Assembly: GCF_006345805.1 (NCBI RefSeq)
Contig: NC_043002.1
Location: 115,568,001-115,632,000, forward strand
Direction: 5' to 3'
Length of the DNA: 64,000 nt
Source: Octopus sinensis
Lineage: Eukaryota
Below, one piece after another: positions 24,540 to 36,644 of this stretch. The notes beneath the pieces were generated by a model. That model was not told where the DNA came from. It ran no database searches and saw nothing but the letters and a program-made list of their open reading frames with translations. Position 1 is the stretch's first letter. The number at the start of each line of letters is the position of its first letter. A program made the position numbers and the translations under genes.

Positions 24540-25050
24540 AATACCACCTGGATCAACCAGGCTATCTGATGTTGTTGTATATCACTGATCACAATGCACT
24601 TCCAATTCATTTTTGATTGCACACTTCTTTCCATGTTGGCCCAAATTGTTCAACTAAATTGCCTTCCCATTCCCATGGTGGCCTTCTCAGTGACCTTTTC
24701 AATCCCTTGGATACCACTCACCAACTGCCCTCTTTCACCTCTTGTCTGCGAACCTTGCAGCATGTCTGCTATTCTGCAGTCACATCATAGATTTCGCTCC
24801 ATTTCAGATCTGCTCTCACAATGATGTTCTTTCCATGGCTCTTTGCATTGTCGCTAATGGATGTTCTTCCTTCTTCATAGTAACCCACATTTCACTTGTT
24901 TATAATAGTGCAGGTAGAACAATACCGTTGAAGAGACTGGCCCTTAGGATCTTCACCAGCTTTGCTTTGAGAACATCTTTTATCAAGGTAAATGCCTTTT
25001 ATCCTGCCCTTATTCTCCTTGAGATTTCAACACCCACATCTTGGGCCATA
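24540..25050 (-). mobile_element. RTE LINE family 2, 3' fragment
   Basis: EISRRIRAG*KAF...LRASLFNGIVLPALL*TSEMW...MQRAMER...EWYPRD*KRSLRRPP. Confidence 0.85.
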
Positions 25051-25081
25051 TTCACTCTATATATGTGTGTGTGTGTGCATG

Positions 25082-25105
<24 letters not shown>

Positions 25106-25113
<8 letters not shown>

Positions 25114-25230
25114 TAAGTAAAAAGTTATACACACTCTTGTTTCTGTAAAAGCAAAAGCAGGGACTGAACTGTTATATCATTTTTAGACATAGTCTCTTTG
25201 ATTTTCAATACATTTCTTCCAGTGGTCCAA
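25106..25230. mobile_element. mariner terminal fragment
   Basis: cgagggtaagtaaaaagtt TIR-like start. Another mariner-type end lies at about 29068-29132. Confidence 0.5.
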
Positions 25231-25289
25231 TATATAATATATCTTTTAATGGTTTCAGCCAGAAGCTGAAGTAATGCTGAACACTACTT

Positions 25290-26160
25290 TTTAGTGTGTT
25301 TGGGTCTCTTTTCTCTACTGTTTCTGGTGAAGTAACAAGTTGGACGGGGCTGCTCTTCTTTGTGCCTCCTGCCATGATGTAGGTTCATCTGGTATGTCAG
25401 ATAAAAATTTGTCCAGATATTCTTTGAAGACCTTCACATCTACACTTCACAAATCTCTGAAGTTATTTGGCAGAATATTGAACAGTTGTGGATCCTTGAA
25501 ACCTAAACTATTACAGTACTAGCTCTTTATTTGAGATGGAGGAGGTGGGATTTTTGGTACTATATCTAGTTCGTTGGTTGGTATAGCTTTTAATCCTGAA
25601 GTTGGGAACTAGTTTTCAGGGTTTTCCCATATGTATATCACTACATATCTTTTACACCTCTCTAGTGAGTAGAGCTTCAGTTCCTTTAGCTTCTCCCAGT
25701 AGCTATCTGTTTTACTGAGTCAATTTTCTTTGTGTAGTGGCATTAGATTACCTCAAGTTTCACCACCAGTTTGATGCTATGCATGACCGCAGTTGGAAGC
25801 AGTAATCCAGATGACTGAGAACAAAAGTTCTCCACAGGAGTTGCATGGTATCCTTTTTCCTGGTCCTGAAATGATCTTGGAATCTACCTAACTGGTCACT
25901 TGTACAGTGTTGCCATCTTAGTAATATGCATATGAAATATTATATCATTACTCATGTGGACTCCCAGGTCACACACCGACTCTAACTCTGGGATTGCACT
26001 ACCTCTTGGGCTTGTGTATTCCAATTGTAGTCTGTTTGTGGGCTGGTATTGGAGAACTTGAAACTTCACAGCATTGAACTGCATGCTATTTTCATCAGCC
26101 CATTTGTATATTGTATTCAGTTTGTTTGCAGTGTTTGTATATCATCAGGGTCCTTGACCA
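25290..26160 (-). pseudogene. CR1-clade LINE, RT C-terminal remnant
   Basis: MQFNAVKFQVL...SVCDLGVHMSND...LVLSHLDYC...YWEKLKELKLYSLER. Confidence 0.85.
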
Positions 26161-26189
26161 TCTATGATATATATATGTATATAAACACA

Positions 26190-27317
26190 CCTTACTAACA
26201 GCATCCCGGTATAGGACTAGTACAGTTTTTACCAATCACTCATCTATCTCCAGTTTCTGCATTGACCACCAGTTAAGCGATCAGGTGACCCTGTCAAAAG
26301 CTTTCTCCAAGTCAACAAAAGCCAAGCACAGAGGTTTATCTTTGGCTAGGTATTTCTCCTGCAGATCCCTTACCAGAAATATAGCATCAGTGGTGCTTTT
26401 GCTTAGTACAAAACCAAACTGCATCTCATCTTGGTTAACTCTGTCCCTAATTAGTTGGGCTATAACCTTCTCTGTAACTTTCATCACCTGATCCAATAAT
26501 TTGATACCCCTGTAGTTATTTCCATCTAAAGTATCACCTTTTCCCTTGTAGCAGTTGACTATGGTGCTGCTACACTAGTTATTGGGTATGACTGCTTCAT
26601 GAACCACCTGATTTATGATACAGGTAACAAGACCATAACCCACACCACTCGATATTTTAAGCATTTCAGTAGAATTTCAGTAGGATTCCTGATGGGCCTG
26701 GTGCTTTTCCTGTCTTCATATCCTTAATATTATCTACCAGGGTACTGTCAATTCGGGTAGCTGGTCTCTCAGCCAGATCAACCTTTGGCAGACTCTCCTC
26801 CTCCCATTTATTCTCCACCTTCAGCATTCTTTCATAATGGCATCTCCAAGCCTCTCTTTTTGCAGAATCATTAAACGCAAGGGCACCATCATCCATGTGG
26901 ACACATTTCTCTCCTCTGACATCATGGTTTTTTTTCTAACACAGTCTTGCAATCCAAAATACTTCAGTACTTTGGTCCTCATGTCGTTGAACATTGGCAG
27001 ACTTCTTTTCTGCTACTCCCTTCACTATATATACCTGTCTCCTAGCTTCCCTTTTGGCTATCTAATACATTCTCCTGCTACCCCTACTCTTCCAGGCCTT
27101 CCAAGCCTGTTTCTTTGCTCTAATAGCCCTATCTACAGTATTGTTCCACCACCATGTTACCTTAGGTCTAGAAGGGACTTTGCACCAGCCACAGATTTGG
27201 TCTGTGGCACTCAGCAAGCTGTCTTGCAGGAATTCCTAACTGCCTTCTATGATGCCAAAGTTTGGGACAAGTCCTTCCAGGATCTTCTAGATGTATTATA
27301 TGGCATATCTTTCTCGC
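26190..27317 (-). pseudogene. RTE family 1, ORF2 middle fragment
   Basis: KTGKAPGPSGI...DQVMKVTEKV...QFGFVLSKSTTDAIFLVRDLQEKY...FVDLEKAFDRV. Confidence 0.9.
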
Positions 27318-28110
27318 CTACACTCTAAGGAATAGTCTTAATCTCTTGAGTCTTTTCCAGTAGCTTAAATGCTGCACAGAGGCTATCTTCTTCGTGTAGC
27401 TTCGTTGGATTGCCTCAAGTTCTGTGATCAACTTGACACTGGTTGGTGACCATAGCTGAGAGCAATAGTCAAAGTGGCTTAGGACAAGTGTCCTCCAGAG
27501 GACCATCATAGTTTCCTAGTCTCTTGTTCTAAAAGTTCTAGGAATCCATCTGGTGAGCTACCTGCATTTCATTGCCAATTTAGCAACATGCACATGGAAG
27601 GATGCATCATTACTCATGTAAATGCCCAGGTCTCGTACTGACTGTGCCTCTGGGATTGCAGTCCCTCCTGGTCCAGTGTATTTAATGAGTATTGCATTTC
27701 GTTTTGCATGCTGATAGCACAAGGCTTGAAACTTTGTAGGGTTAAACTGCATGCTATTCTTTTCAGCCCGCCTGTAAAGTTGAGATATATCACTTCCACA
27801 TTTGAGTGGTTGAGCAGCTGTTTCAGCACCCAGTCAAAGTTTTTTAGGAGCTGAGTCAAGCAGCTTCTTCCTGGTCGGAAACCATGTTGGGTGTCAGACA
27901 GCAAGTCATTTTCTTCAAGGAAGGTGTTTAGTTTTCTTCTGACTATTCATTCCATGATCTTGCTGATGTGCAATGTCAGAGAGATAGGTTTGTAGTTTCT
28001 TGGCCTCCTTCTCTGCTACCTCTTTGATGAATAGGACATATTTTACCCTCCTTCAGTTTTCTTGGAAGTTGCAAGGAAGCTCTGAAAGAGGGACTGCAGT
28101 GTCTTGTATT
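27318..28110 (-). pseudogene. second CR1-clade LINE RT remnant
   Basis: LSDTQHGFRPGRSCLTQLL...SVRDLGIYMSND...LSHFDYCSQLWSP...SYWKRLKRL. The RT core is deleted. Confidence 0.9.
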
Positions 28111-28370
28111 TGTCGGGGAGGTGTGTGTGTGCATGCTTGTGTGTATGTGTTTGTTGTGGTTGTTGGGATTGTATTGTGAGTATATGTGTGTGTTTTTTTT
28201 TTGAGTGTGTGTGTGTGTGTGTGTGTGTGGTTTTATTACAGACCAACACATACCCACATGTGAACAAACGCATATACACACACACACACTTTAAAATTGC
28301 ATTTTCAAACCTTCTTTCATATATATTTCCACTCATGCGGTACCTTACAACTTCACTTTGTTATATATAT

Positions 28371-28416
<46 letters not shown>

Positions 28417-28632
28417 TATTATATATATATGTATTTATATAATGGAAATAGGTTTCAAAGGAAAAAATATATGTGGTATAAATAGGGGAAAAGTAAAAAG
28501 AAAACAGAGAAAATACACATTAGAAAAAAAAAATAAATAAACGCTTTTTTGAGAAAGCTTTTCTTAAAAAAGCCTTTAATTTTTTTATCTAAGTTGCATT
28601 TTCTTTTCTTTTTACTTTTCCACTTACTGCTA

Positions 28633-28671
<39 letters not shown>

Positions 28672-28672
<1 letters not shown>

Positions 28673-28893
28673 TAGCAGTATCGCCCAGCGTTGCTCGGGT
28701 TTGTTTCAACCCACTGGAATTGGAATTTTTGAAAAGTAAAAATTTTTGCATTATGTAGCTTGTTATTCTCTTTAGGTGAACATTTTTCTGGTTGAAATAC
28801 ACCGAAAAGTGGCGACACAGCAGTGAAAAAATCGTAAAAAATAGGGATTTTCATAGAAAAAAGCACCTTTTTGATGTAAATAATTTTTGGTGT
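28672..28893 (-). mobile_element. Helitron 3' terminus
   Basis: The minus strand ends acccgagcaacgctgggcgatactgCTAG|t: a GC-rich hairpin about 10 nt before CTAG, inserted in (TA)n. Confidence 0.75.
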
Positions 28894-28909
28894 AAGTATA
28901 TATACCTAT

Positions 28910-28972
<63 letters not shown>

Positions 28973-29030
28973 CACATATATATAAGTATATATATTGCAT
29001 AACTATATATGTATATATGACAATATAATC

Positions 29031-29070
<40 letters not shown>

Positions 29071-29212
29071 TGGGATACTGAGAAGTTTCTGGCTTTGGGT
29101 AAAAGAGAATACTGGACGATCAGTTAATTATGTAAAAGAACTTGGGGTGGGTGTCCTCCAATTTGATTTTTTTTGTGGTCTCCTTAGATTCAGGAACTTT
29201 TTCACTTATATA

Positions 29213-29697
29213 TCATCATCATAATCATCATTTAATATCTATTTTCCAACATTGGTATCGTTTGGATGGTTTGACCAGAGTCGGCAAACTGGTGAGCTGC
29301 TCCAGATTCTAGTTTGATTTGGCATGGTTTCTGCTGCTGGATGCCCTTCCTAATGCCAACCTCTTCACAGTTTGTGCTGGGTGCTTTTAATGTAGCACTG
29401 CAAGAGTGGTTCTACATGGCACTGGCTCACAACACTTGCAGGCCAACCCTCTTCACCAGGGGTGGGGCTTGACATTTCTGCTGTGGAGGTGTCAGGTGTC
29501 TAAGTCCTTTGTCATCTCATTTGAAAGGTCATTCTTCAGTTCTTCATCCCATGTCTTCCTGGTTCTCCCTCTTCCACATCTTCCATCTACTTTGAGAGAT
29601 CAACACTCCTTTATTGAGCTGTCAGCAGCCATCTGCATCACATAACCAAATCAGTGCAGTCTTCTCTCTTGCACACTGCATCTAATTCCTCTTATAA
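29213..29697 (-). mobile_element. RTE family 1 3' fragment
   Basis: ORF2 end (GRGRTRKTWDE) plus 3'UTR and (GAT)n tail. Confidence 0.8.
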
Positions 29698-29786
29698 TTC
29701 GTGTGTGTGTGTGTGTGTGTGATTTACATAGTACATTTAAGTATTTCAATACTAAATAACACATTATTTTTCCTGTAGTACAGTAT

Positions 29787-29982
29787 ACTCTTTACTCATT
29801 TGACTGTGGCCATGCTGGAGCACCGCTTTTAGTCGAGAAAATCGACCCCGGGACTTATTCTTTGTAAGCCCAGTACTTATTTTATCGGTCTCTTTTGCCG
29901 AACCGCTAAGTGACGGGGACGTAAACACACCAGCATCGGTTGTCAAGCAATGCTAGGGGAACACACACAGACACACAAACAT

Positions 29983-30056
<74 letters not shown>

Positions 30057-30208
30057 TACGACAGGCTTCTTTCAGTTTCCGTCTACCAAATCCACTTACA
30101 AGGTTTTGGTCAGCCCGAGGCTATAGTAGAAGACACTTACCGGAAGACTGATCCCGGAACCATGTGGTTGGTAAACAAGCTACTTACCACACAGCCACTC
30201 CTGCGCCT
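29787..30208 (-). mobile_element. SINE family A, young
   Basis: Family A sequence with CpGs retained. Confidence 0.9.
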
Positions 30209-30239
30209 ATGCTATTTTTTCTAAAAAATTTTGTAGTAT

Positions 30240-30600
30240 ATTTAATAGATAGGAAATTGTGGTGATATAGGTTTTTGTTACTGTACTAATTTTTGGATTG
30301 CAGAATTTCTGTTTATTTTTTATTCTTTTGTTATTTACTAACATTATCGAAAGTTGAATATTAAACTCGCTTTTCTTAGAACATTATATTTGTTCTTAAT
30401 GTTCTTTTTGTATGTATTCACCTATTAGAGATATTTTCTTAGGTCTCTTTGAATTTAACCCACTTTGAATTGCCTTGATAACATTGTGTTTACATATATT
30501 TTTGGATATATTCATTTGACTGATATTTTATACCTTTTTATTTATCTAAATATGCTGATACAGTAAAAACAATCATTGGCAATGTATGGTGTTAAAGATG
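30240..30600 (-). pseudogene. Penelope-like RT remnant
   Basis: Minus-strand pieces KHNVIKAI, KKISL and YNVLRKA resemble PLE RT C-terminal motifs. Confidence 0.35.
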
Positions 30601-31094
30601 TGATATTCTCCATTCTTATTCTTGCTGTCTTATAATCCAAATTCCTTGACATTCTTCTAATTGGTATTTGGAGTTACTTGTCATATATGAAGAATTACTT
30701 TGGATGTTAATTCTACATGCATTTATTGGTACAAACACACACACACACACACACACACATGCAGCAGGCTTCTCTTGGTTTCCATCTACCAGATCCACTC
30801 ACAAAGCTTTGATCAGCCTAGGACTATAGAAGACTCTTGCCTGTACACTTGGACTGAACTCAAAACCTTTTGATTGAGAAGCATGTTTCTTACCCCACAG
30901 TTACACCTGCACTTATGTTAAAATAACAATGCACTGGTGAGGCACCAGAATAGAACAAATTAATGCAACAGTAGGAGTAGAATGGGAGAAATTATAGAAA
31001 GAGCAGGAAGTGATGAGTACCCGAAAAAGGAGGAAGTTAGTGCAGAGTTTAAGGAAGTTAATAATTATCAGAAGCAATATATATATATATTGGC

Positions 31095-31489
31095 AGTTGA
31101 GTCCTGTGCCAGTAGGGTGCTAAGAGCACCATCCGAGCTTGATTGTTGCCAGATTGGCTAAATGGCTTCCATGCCGGTGGCAAGTGAAAGGCACCATTCA
31201 GGCGTGATCGTTACCAGCATCACCTTACTGGCACCTGTGCCAGTGGCATGTGTAAAAAGATTCAAGCGAGGTCATTGCCAGTACCGCCTGACTGGCCCCC
31301 GTGCCGGTGGCATGTAAAAGCACCCGGTACACTCTCGAAGTTGTTGGCATTAGGAAGGGCATCCAGCTGTAGAAACTCTGCCAGATCAAGATTGGAGCCT
31401 GGTGCAGCCATCTGGTTCGCCAGCCCTCTGCCAAATCGTCCAACCCATGCTAGCATGGAAAGCGGACGTTAAACGATGATGATGATGAT
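31095..31489 (+). mobile_element. RTE family 1 3'UTR with four ~65-nt modules
   Basis: tgcc(a/g)gtggca.gt.aaa.gcacc modules and the aacgatgatgatg tail. Other copies at 31750-32050 (-) and 39233-39515 (-). Confidence 0.8.
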
Positions 31490-32538
31490 ATATATATATA
31501 AAATGGAATCTCCCATCAAAGATGATGTAGGAATGTTCAGTATTTGCTGAGCCACCAGCACAAATGATTTGTTTATAGTGTCAAATGTATGTGCTGTTCA
31601 TGAGCACATTCCCTCCATCAGACTAACATTGACTGTACAGGTGCCACATGACATGCCAAAATGATTACAACATGCATCCTGGTCTAGGAATTGAACCAAT
31701 GTGCCAATGGTTACAGTATATATATTTATGTGTGTGTATGTATATATATATCATCATCATCATACTTCCATTTCCCATGCTGGCATGTGTTGAACTCTTT
31801 GACTGAAAACTGGTAAGCTGGAGAGCTGTACTAGGTTCCAGTCTGATTTGGCATAGTTTCTACAGCTGGATACCCTTCATAACACCAACCACTCAGAGAG
31901 TGTAGTGGTGCTTTTTACATGCTACTGGCATGGGGGCCAGTTATGAGACACTGGTATAAGCTACGACCATGGCCTCACTTGACTTGATAGGTCTTCTCAA
32001 GCATGGTATATTGCCAAATGTTTCAGTCACTTGTCACTGCTTCTGTGAGGATTTTGTGGCTATTTGTTTTGACTCTTATTTCTAGCAATACTGGTGCTGA
32101 ATTGCACCCTCAGTCACTTTAGTGACATATATGTTTGCCTTTCGGTTGAAAAATTGTTAACAAGCCACCCTTATTATTTATTATCATTTATATATGTGTT
32201 TTAACATATGTATATATATTATATAGATTTTTGGTGATGTAAACAGGTAAATCAAATGCAAAACATGAGTAAATACTTCTTTCATATTAATTAACATGGC
32301 AGAAGTTACAGAATGAATTGAGAGCCAAAAATTTTATGTGTTGATAAGTGCAAATGGATAAAACTCTCTGCCCTTGAGTCACACTAACTTCTGCCAATCA
32401 TTAATAAAAAAAAAAAAAAACTTTCTATCAGTGTTTTTTGCCAAACCTCTAAGTTACAGGGATGTACAGAAACAGACACCTGTTCTCAAGTGCTGGTTGT
32501 TGTTGTTGGGGGGGGGGGTACAAACACAGGGACACACA

Positions 32539-32569
<31 letters not shown>

Positions 32570-33364
32570 CATATGTTGGGCTGGCTGCTTTTAGTTTCCA
32601 TCTGACAAATCCACTCTCAAGACTTGCCCATGGTGCCATGCAATGAGATTGAACCTGGAACTCTGTAGTTGAGAAGCAAACTTCTTACTACACAGCCACA
32701 CCTGCACCCATATGTGTAAATATTGTGTATATACATATATAATACATGCATATAAATATATCATATATTTATATACATAAAAGATATTTGAACATATAAG
32801 GTTTATCAAGTATAGAAGAGGTTACTGTATATCATAGTGCCTACATTACCGTAAGTCCATTGAAGATGTTTATATGTGTGTGTATATGCAGGTGTAGCTA
32901 TCTGGCACAAAGTTTGCTTCTCAACCAGGTTTTGGGGTTCAGACCTACATGGGACCCCGAGGAGCAAATGTTTTCTACTATAATCCCAGCTCAACCAAAT
33001 CTTTGTGAAGGAATTTGTTTGATGGAAAAGGAAAGAAGCACACCATACATACATGTGTGTGTGCGTGTGTATACATACATATATATATATATATGTGTGT
33101 GTGCATATTTGTGTGTATTACTCTCTCCTTGCCTTGACATTGTTCTAATTGTAACCAAGTGTTACCGTCTTGCAAGTAGTGTCCTTCAGTTCCAGTCTTC
33201 TAATTATTTTACTTTGAAACTTGTGAGTGTTGGCAACAGGAAGGGTATCCAGCTGTAAAACATCCACATCAAGCAATTCCATCTGACCCACATGAGTATG
33301 GAACAGTGGACATTAAGCAATGTTGATGATGATGAATGTATGTATATGTGCATGTGTGTGTATG

Positions 33365-33437
<73 letters not shown>

Positions 33438-33451
33438 ATGTGTACATATAT

Positions 33452-33484
<33 letters not shown>

Positions 33485-33488
<4 letters not shown>

Positions 33489-34066
33489 TAAGTTTATGTA
33501 AAATATCAAATTCAATCAATTCATGGTAGGAGTAATAATTTCAGTTTGATAAACCTAATGAATGCAATTATGTCCCTAAGTATAATTTGAAAGGCCCTAG
33601 TAATTGTCTGCTGAATTGTCTGCTTTATAGGACTAAAGTCCAGATCGATAATAACCCTACATATAAAACTTACATCAGAGTCAAAATGAAGACAATTTCA
33701 TAACAAGATTTTATGTTCAGAAGAATTCCTTTAAATTGTTGGAAAACAGATCATCAATGATCATCAGATTATCAAAAGAATCCGATTCTGCTCATTTCAA
33801 AATCCAAAAATCTATCTCAGAAAGAGCAAGCCTATACAGAAATAGATCCTACTACAATTTTATTTGTTTAAATTGATTCTTAACTTCTTTAGATGCTGAA
33901 TTGTCTGTACTGATTACATTCTATTAAAACCTGTGTGCCAATTATACTAATTTAGGAAACAGTATATTATGTTCCATTAATGTCATTCCTTTAGGTACAA
34001 TTTCTCACCTGTTATTCCAGAAATTGATTGAATATTTCAGATTTTGATTAGATGCATGCATGCATG

Positions 34067-34114
<48 letters not shown>

Positions 34115-34690
34115 TAAGTTTATGTAAAATATCAAATTCAATCAATTCATGGTAGGAGTAATAATTTCAGTTTGATAAACCTAATGAATGCAATTATGTC
34201 CCTAAGTATAATTTGAAAGGCCCTAGTAATTGTCTGCTGAATTGTCTGCTTTATAGGACTAAAGTCCAGATCGATAATAACCCTACATATAAAACTTACA
34301 TCAGAGTCAAAATGAAGACAATTTCATAACAAGATTTTATGTTCAGAAGAATTCCTTTAAATTGTTGGAAAACAGATCATCAATGATCATCAGATTATCA
34401 AAAGAAACCGATTCTGCTCATTTCAAAATCCAAAAATCTATCTCAGAAAGAGCAAGCCTATACAGAAATAGATCCTACTACAATTTTATTTGTTTAAATT
34501 GATTCTTAACTTCTTTAGATGCTGAATTGTCTGTACTGATTACATTCTATTAAAACCTGTGTGCCAATTATACTAATTTAGGAAACAGTATATTATGTTC
34601 CATTAATGTCATTCCTTTAGGTACAATTTCTCCTGTTATTCCAGAAATTGATTGAATATTTCAGATTTTGATTAGATGCATGCATGCATG

Positions 34691-34694
<4 letters not shown>
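33485..34694 (+). repeat. near-perfect tandem duplication (~585-bp unit, period 626) bounded by (CA)n
   Basis: 33485-34070 versus 34111-34694. I see only one substitution and one 2-nt indel. Confidence 0.95.
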
Positions 34695-34736
<42 letters not shown>

Positions 34737-34742
34737 TTCATA

Positions 34743-35140
34743 GGCGTAGGAGTGGCTGTGTGGTAAATAGCTTGCTTACCAACCACATGGTTTTGGGTTC
34801 AGTCCCACTGCGTGGCACCTTGGGCAAGTGTCTTCTACTATAGCCTCAGGCTGACCAAAGCCTTGTGAGTGAATTTGGTTGACGGAAACTGAAAGAAGCC
34901 CATCGTATATATGTATGTGTGTGTGTATGTTTGTGTGTCTGTGTTTGTCCCCCCAACATCACTTGACAACCGATGCTGGTGTGTTTACGTCCCTGTAACT
35001 TAGCAGTTCGGCAAAAGAGACCGATAGAATAAGTACTAGGCTTACAGAGAATAAGTCCCGGGGTCGATTTGCTCGACTAAAGGCAGTGCTCCAGCATGGC
35101 TACAGTCAAATGACTGAAACAAGTAAAAAAGAGTAAAAGA
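34743..35140 (+). mobile_element. SINE family A, full length
   Basis: Family A sequence. Confidence 0.9.
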
Positions 35141-36249
35141 CACACATACACACACACATACACACATACAAAACTGAGATGCAAATTTTTTCATCAGAAT
35201 TAAGTTACATGTATTTGTGTCCAATATGAACTGCAATGTCTCTGTTTTATACTCTCTGGCATGTTTCATCTTAACTTACCATATTTCTACTTTTCCATGA
35301 GCAATGACTAAACTTAGACACATTTTTCTAACACCCAGTTTCAGTGTCCTTGTTCATTGTACTACAATGAATACACAGAGTCAATAGTTCAATAAATCCA
35401 CCTGCATTAAACAGCTGTGCAATTCATTCTTGCTAAATCAGTAAATTTTTTGTCAAAATTATTCCTTAGCTGGTTATATTTTTAAGGTTATCTGATTGAT
35501 TGATTGAGAACTAGATATTTGTGGGTGTGGCTGTTTATATGTTTTATAATTTTTATGTTGGATTCTGATATTTTTGTAGTGTTTATTTTAGTTTTTTTTC
35601 CAAGGGGTTCTCTTTTCATTTATTTCATACTTTCCTGGGTTGAACTGATTTTGATATTCAATTAGATGAAGATAGTTTTTTGGTGAAAAGTATGAAATAG
35701 CCTGTTAATTTAATGATATAGGGTAAATACTTTGCATAAATGGCCCCTTAATGATGAAGGAACCCCATACAAAATGGAGGATCATAGAACAGCTGGGGTC
35801 CTACGTAAATGGAAGTGGATGATGCAAGTTTTGCATAACAGAGACTCATAAATTCTAGACGTGAGATCTATGGTCCCTGCTCCCATTTCAAATGTTACCT
35901 GCTGCAAGCACGAGATTCCCCATTCGTCAATTAGAGCTGGAAAAGTCCTCACAGGCTGGCTAGATCCTAAGAGCAGAGATTCCCTGTTTGCCCCTTAAAC
36001 CCATAAGATTTGCCAACTGACTGGTCTAAGAAAGATAACTCATCTTGGCTGAACCTCAAATGGTGCTATTTTTTGTTTGCAAATTAACTGACTTGTAACG
36101 GATTTCTACCTCCTTTTTTGAAGAGGGGTTATATGCCCTCTGCCTTTAGAGTCGGACAAGACATATATTTAACTGCTTGTAAATACCTTACTGCTCCATA
36201 TTTTAGAGTGTGCATCTTTCCCGGATATATGACCACTAGCAATAGATAT

Positions 36250-36431
36250 TTTACATGTTTCAATCATGAGTTTTTTTCAGTCAAATGTATTGACCCTAGT
36301 ACTTACTTTTTATAAACCTGGTATTTATTTTATCAATCTCTTTTGCTGAACTGGTAAGTTATGGGGATGTAAACACACTAGCACCGATTGTGAGGTGGGG
36401 GGACAAACACAGACACACACACTCACACATG

Positions 36432-36468
<37 letters not shown>

Positions 36469-36630
36469 GACAGGCTTCTCTTAGTTTCCATCTATCAAAT
36501 CCACTCATAAGGCTTTGGTTAGCCCGAGGTTATAGTAGAAGACACTTTCCCAAGGTGCCATGCAGCGGGATTGAACCTGGGACCATGTGGTTGAGAAGCA
36601 AGCTTCTTACTACACAGCCGTGTCTGCACC
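36250..36630 (-). mobile_element. SINE family A
   Basis: Family A sequence. Confidence 0.85.
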
Positions 36631-36644
36631 TTAATAAATATATA

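Noticed and set aside
26837-27328. 163-aa plus-strand ORF
   Set aside because: Antisense shadow of RTE ORF2.
31095-31330. CRISPR-like repeat/spacer appearance
   Set aside because: The spacers are homologous to each other, the array lies in a LINE 3'UTR, the context is eukaryotic and no cas genes are present.
35730-35840. U6-like or C/D snoRNA-like words (atggcccct, atgatga, ggatga)
   Set aside because: No ACAGAGA box or collinear similarity, and no terminal stem or D-box arrangement.
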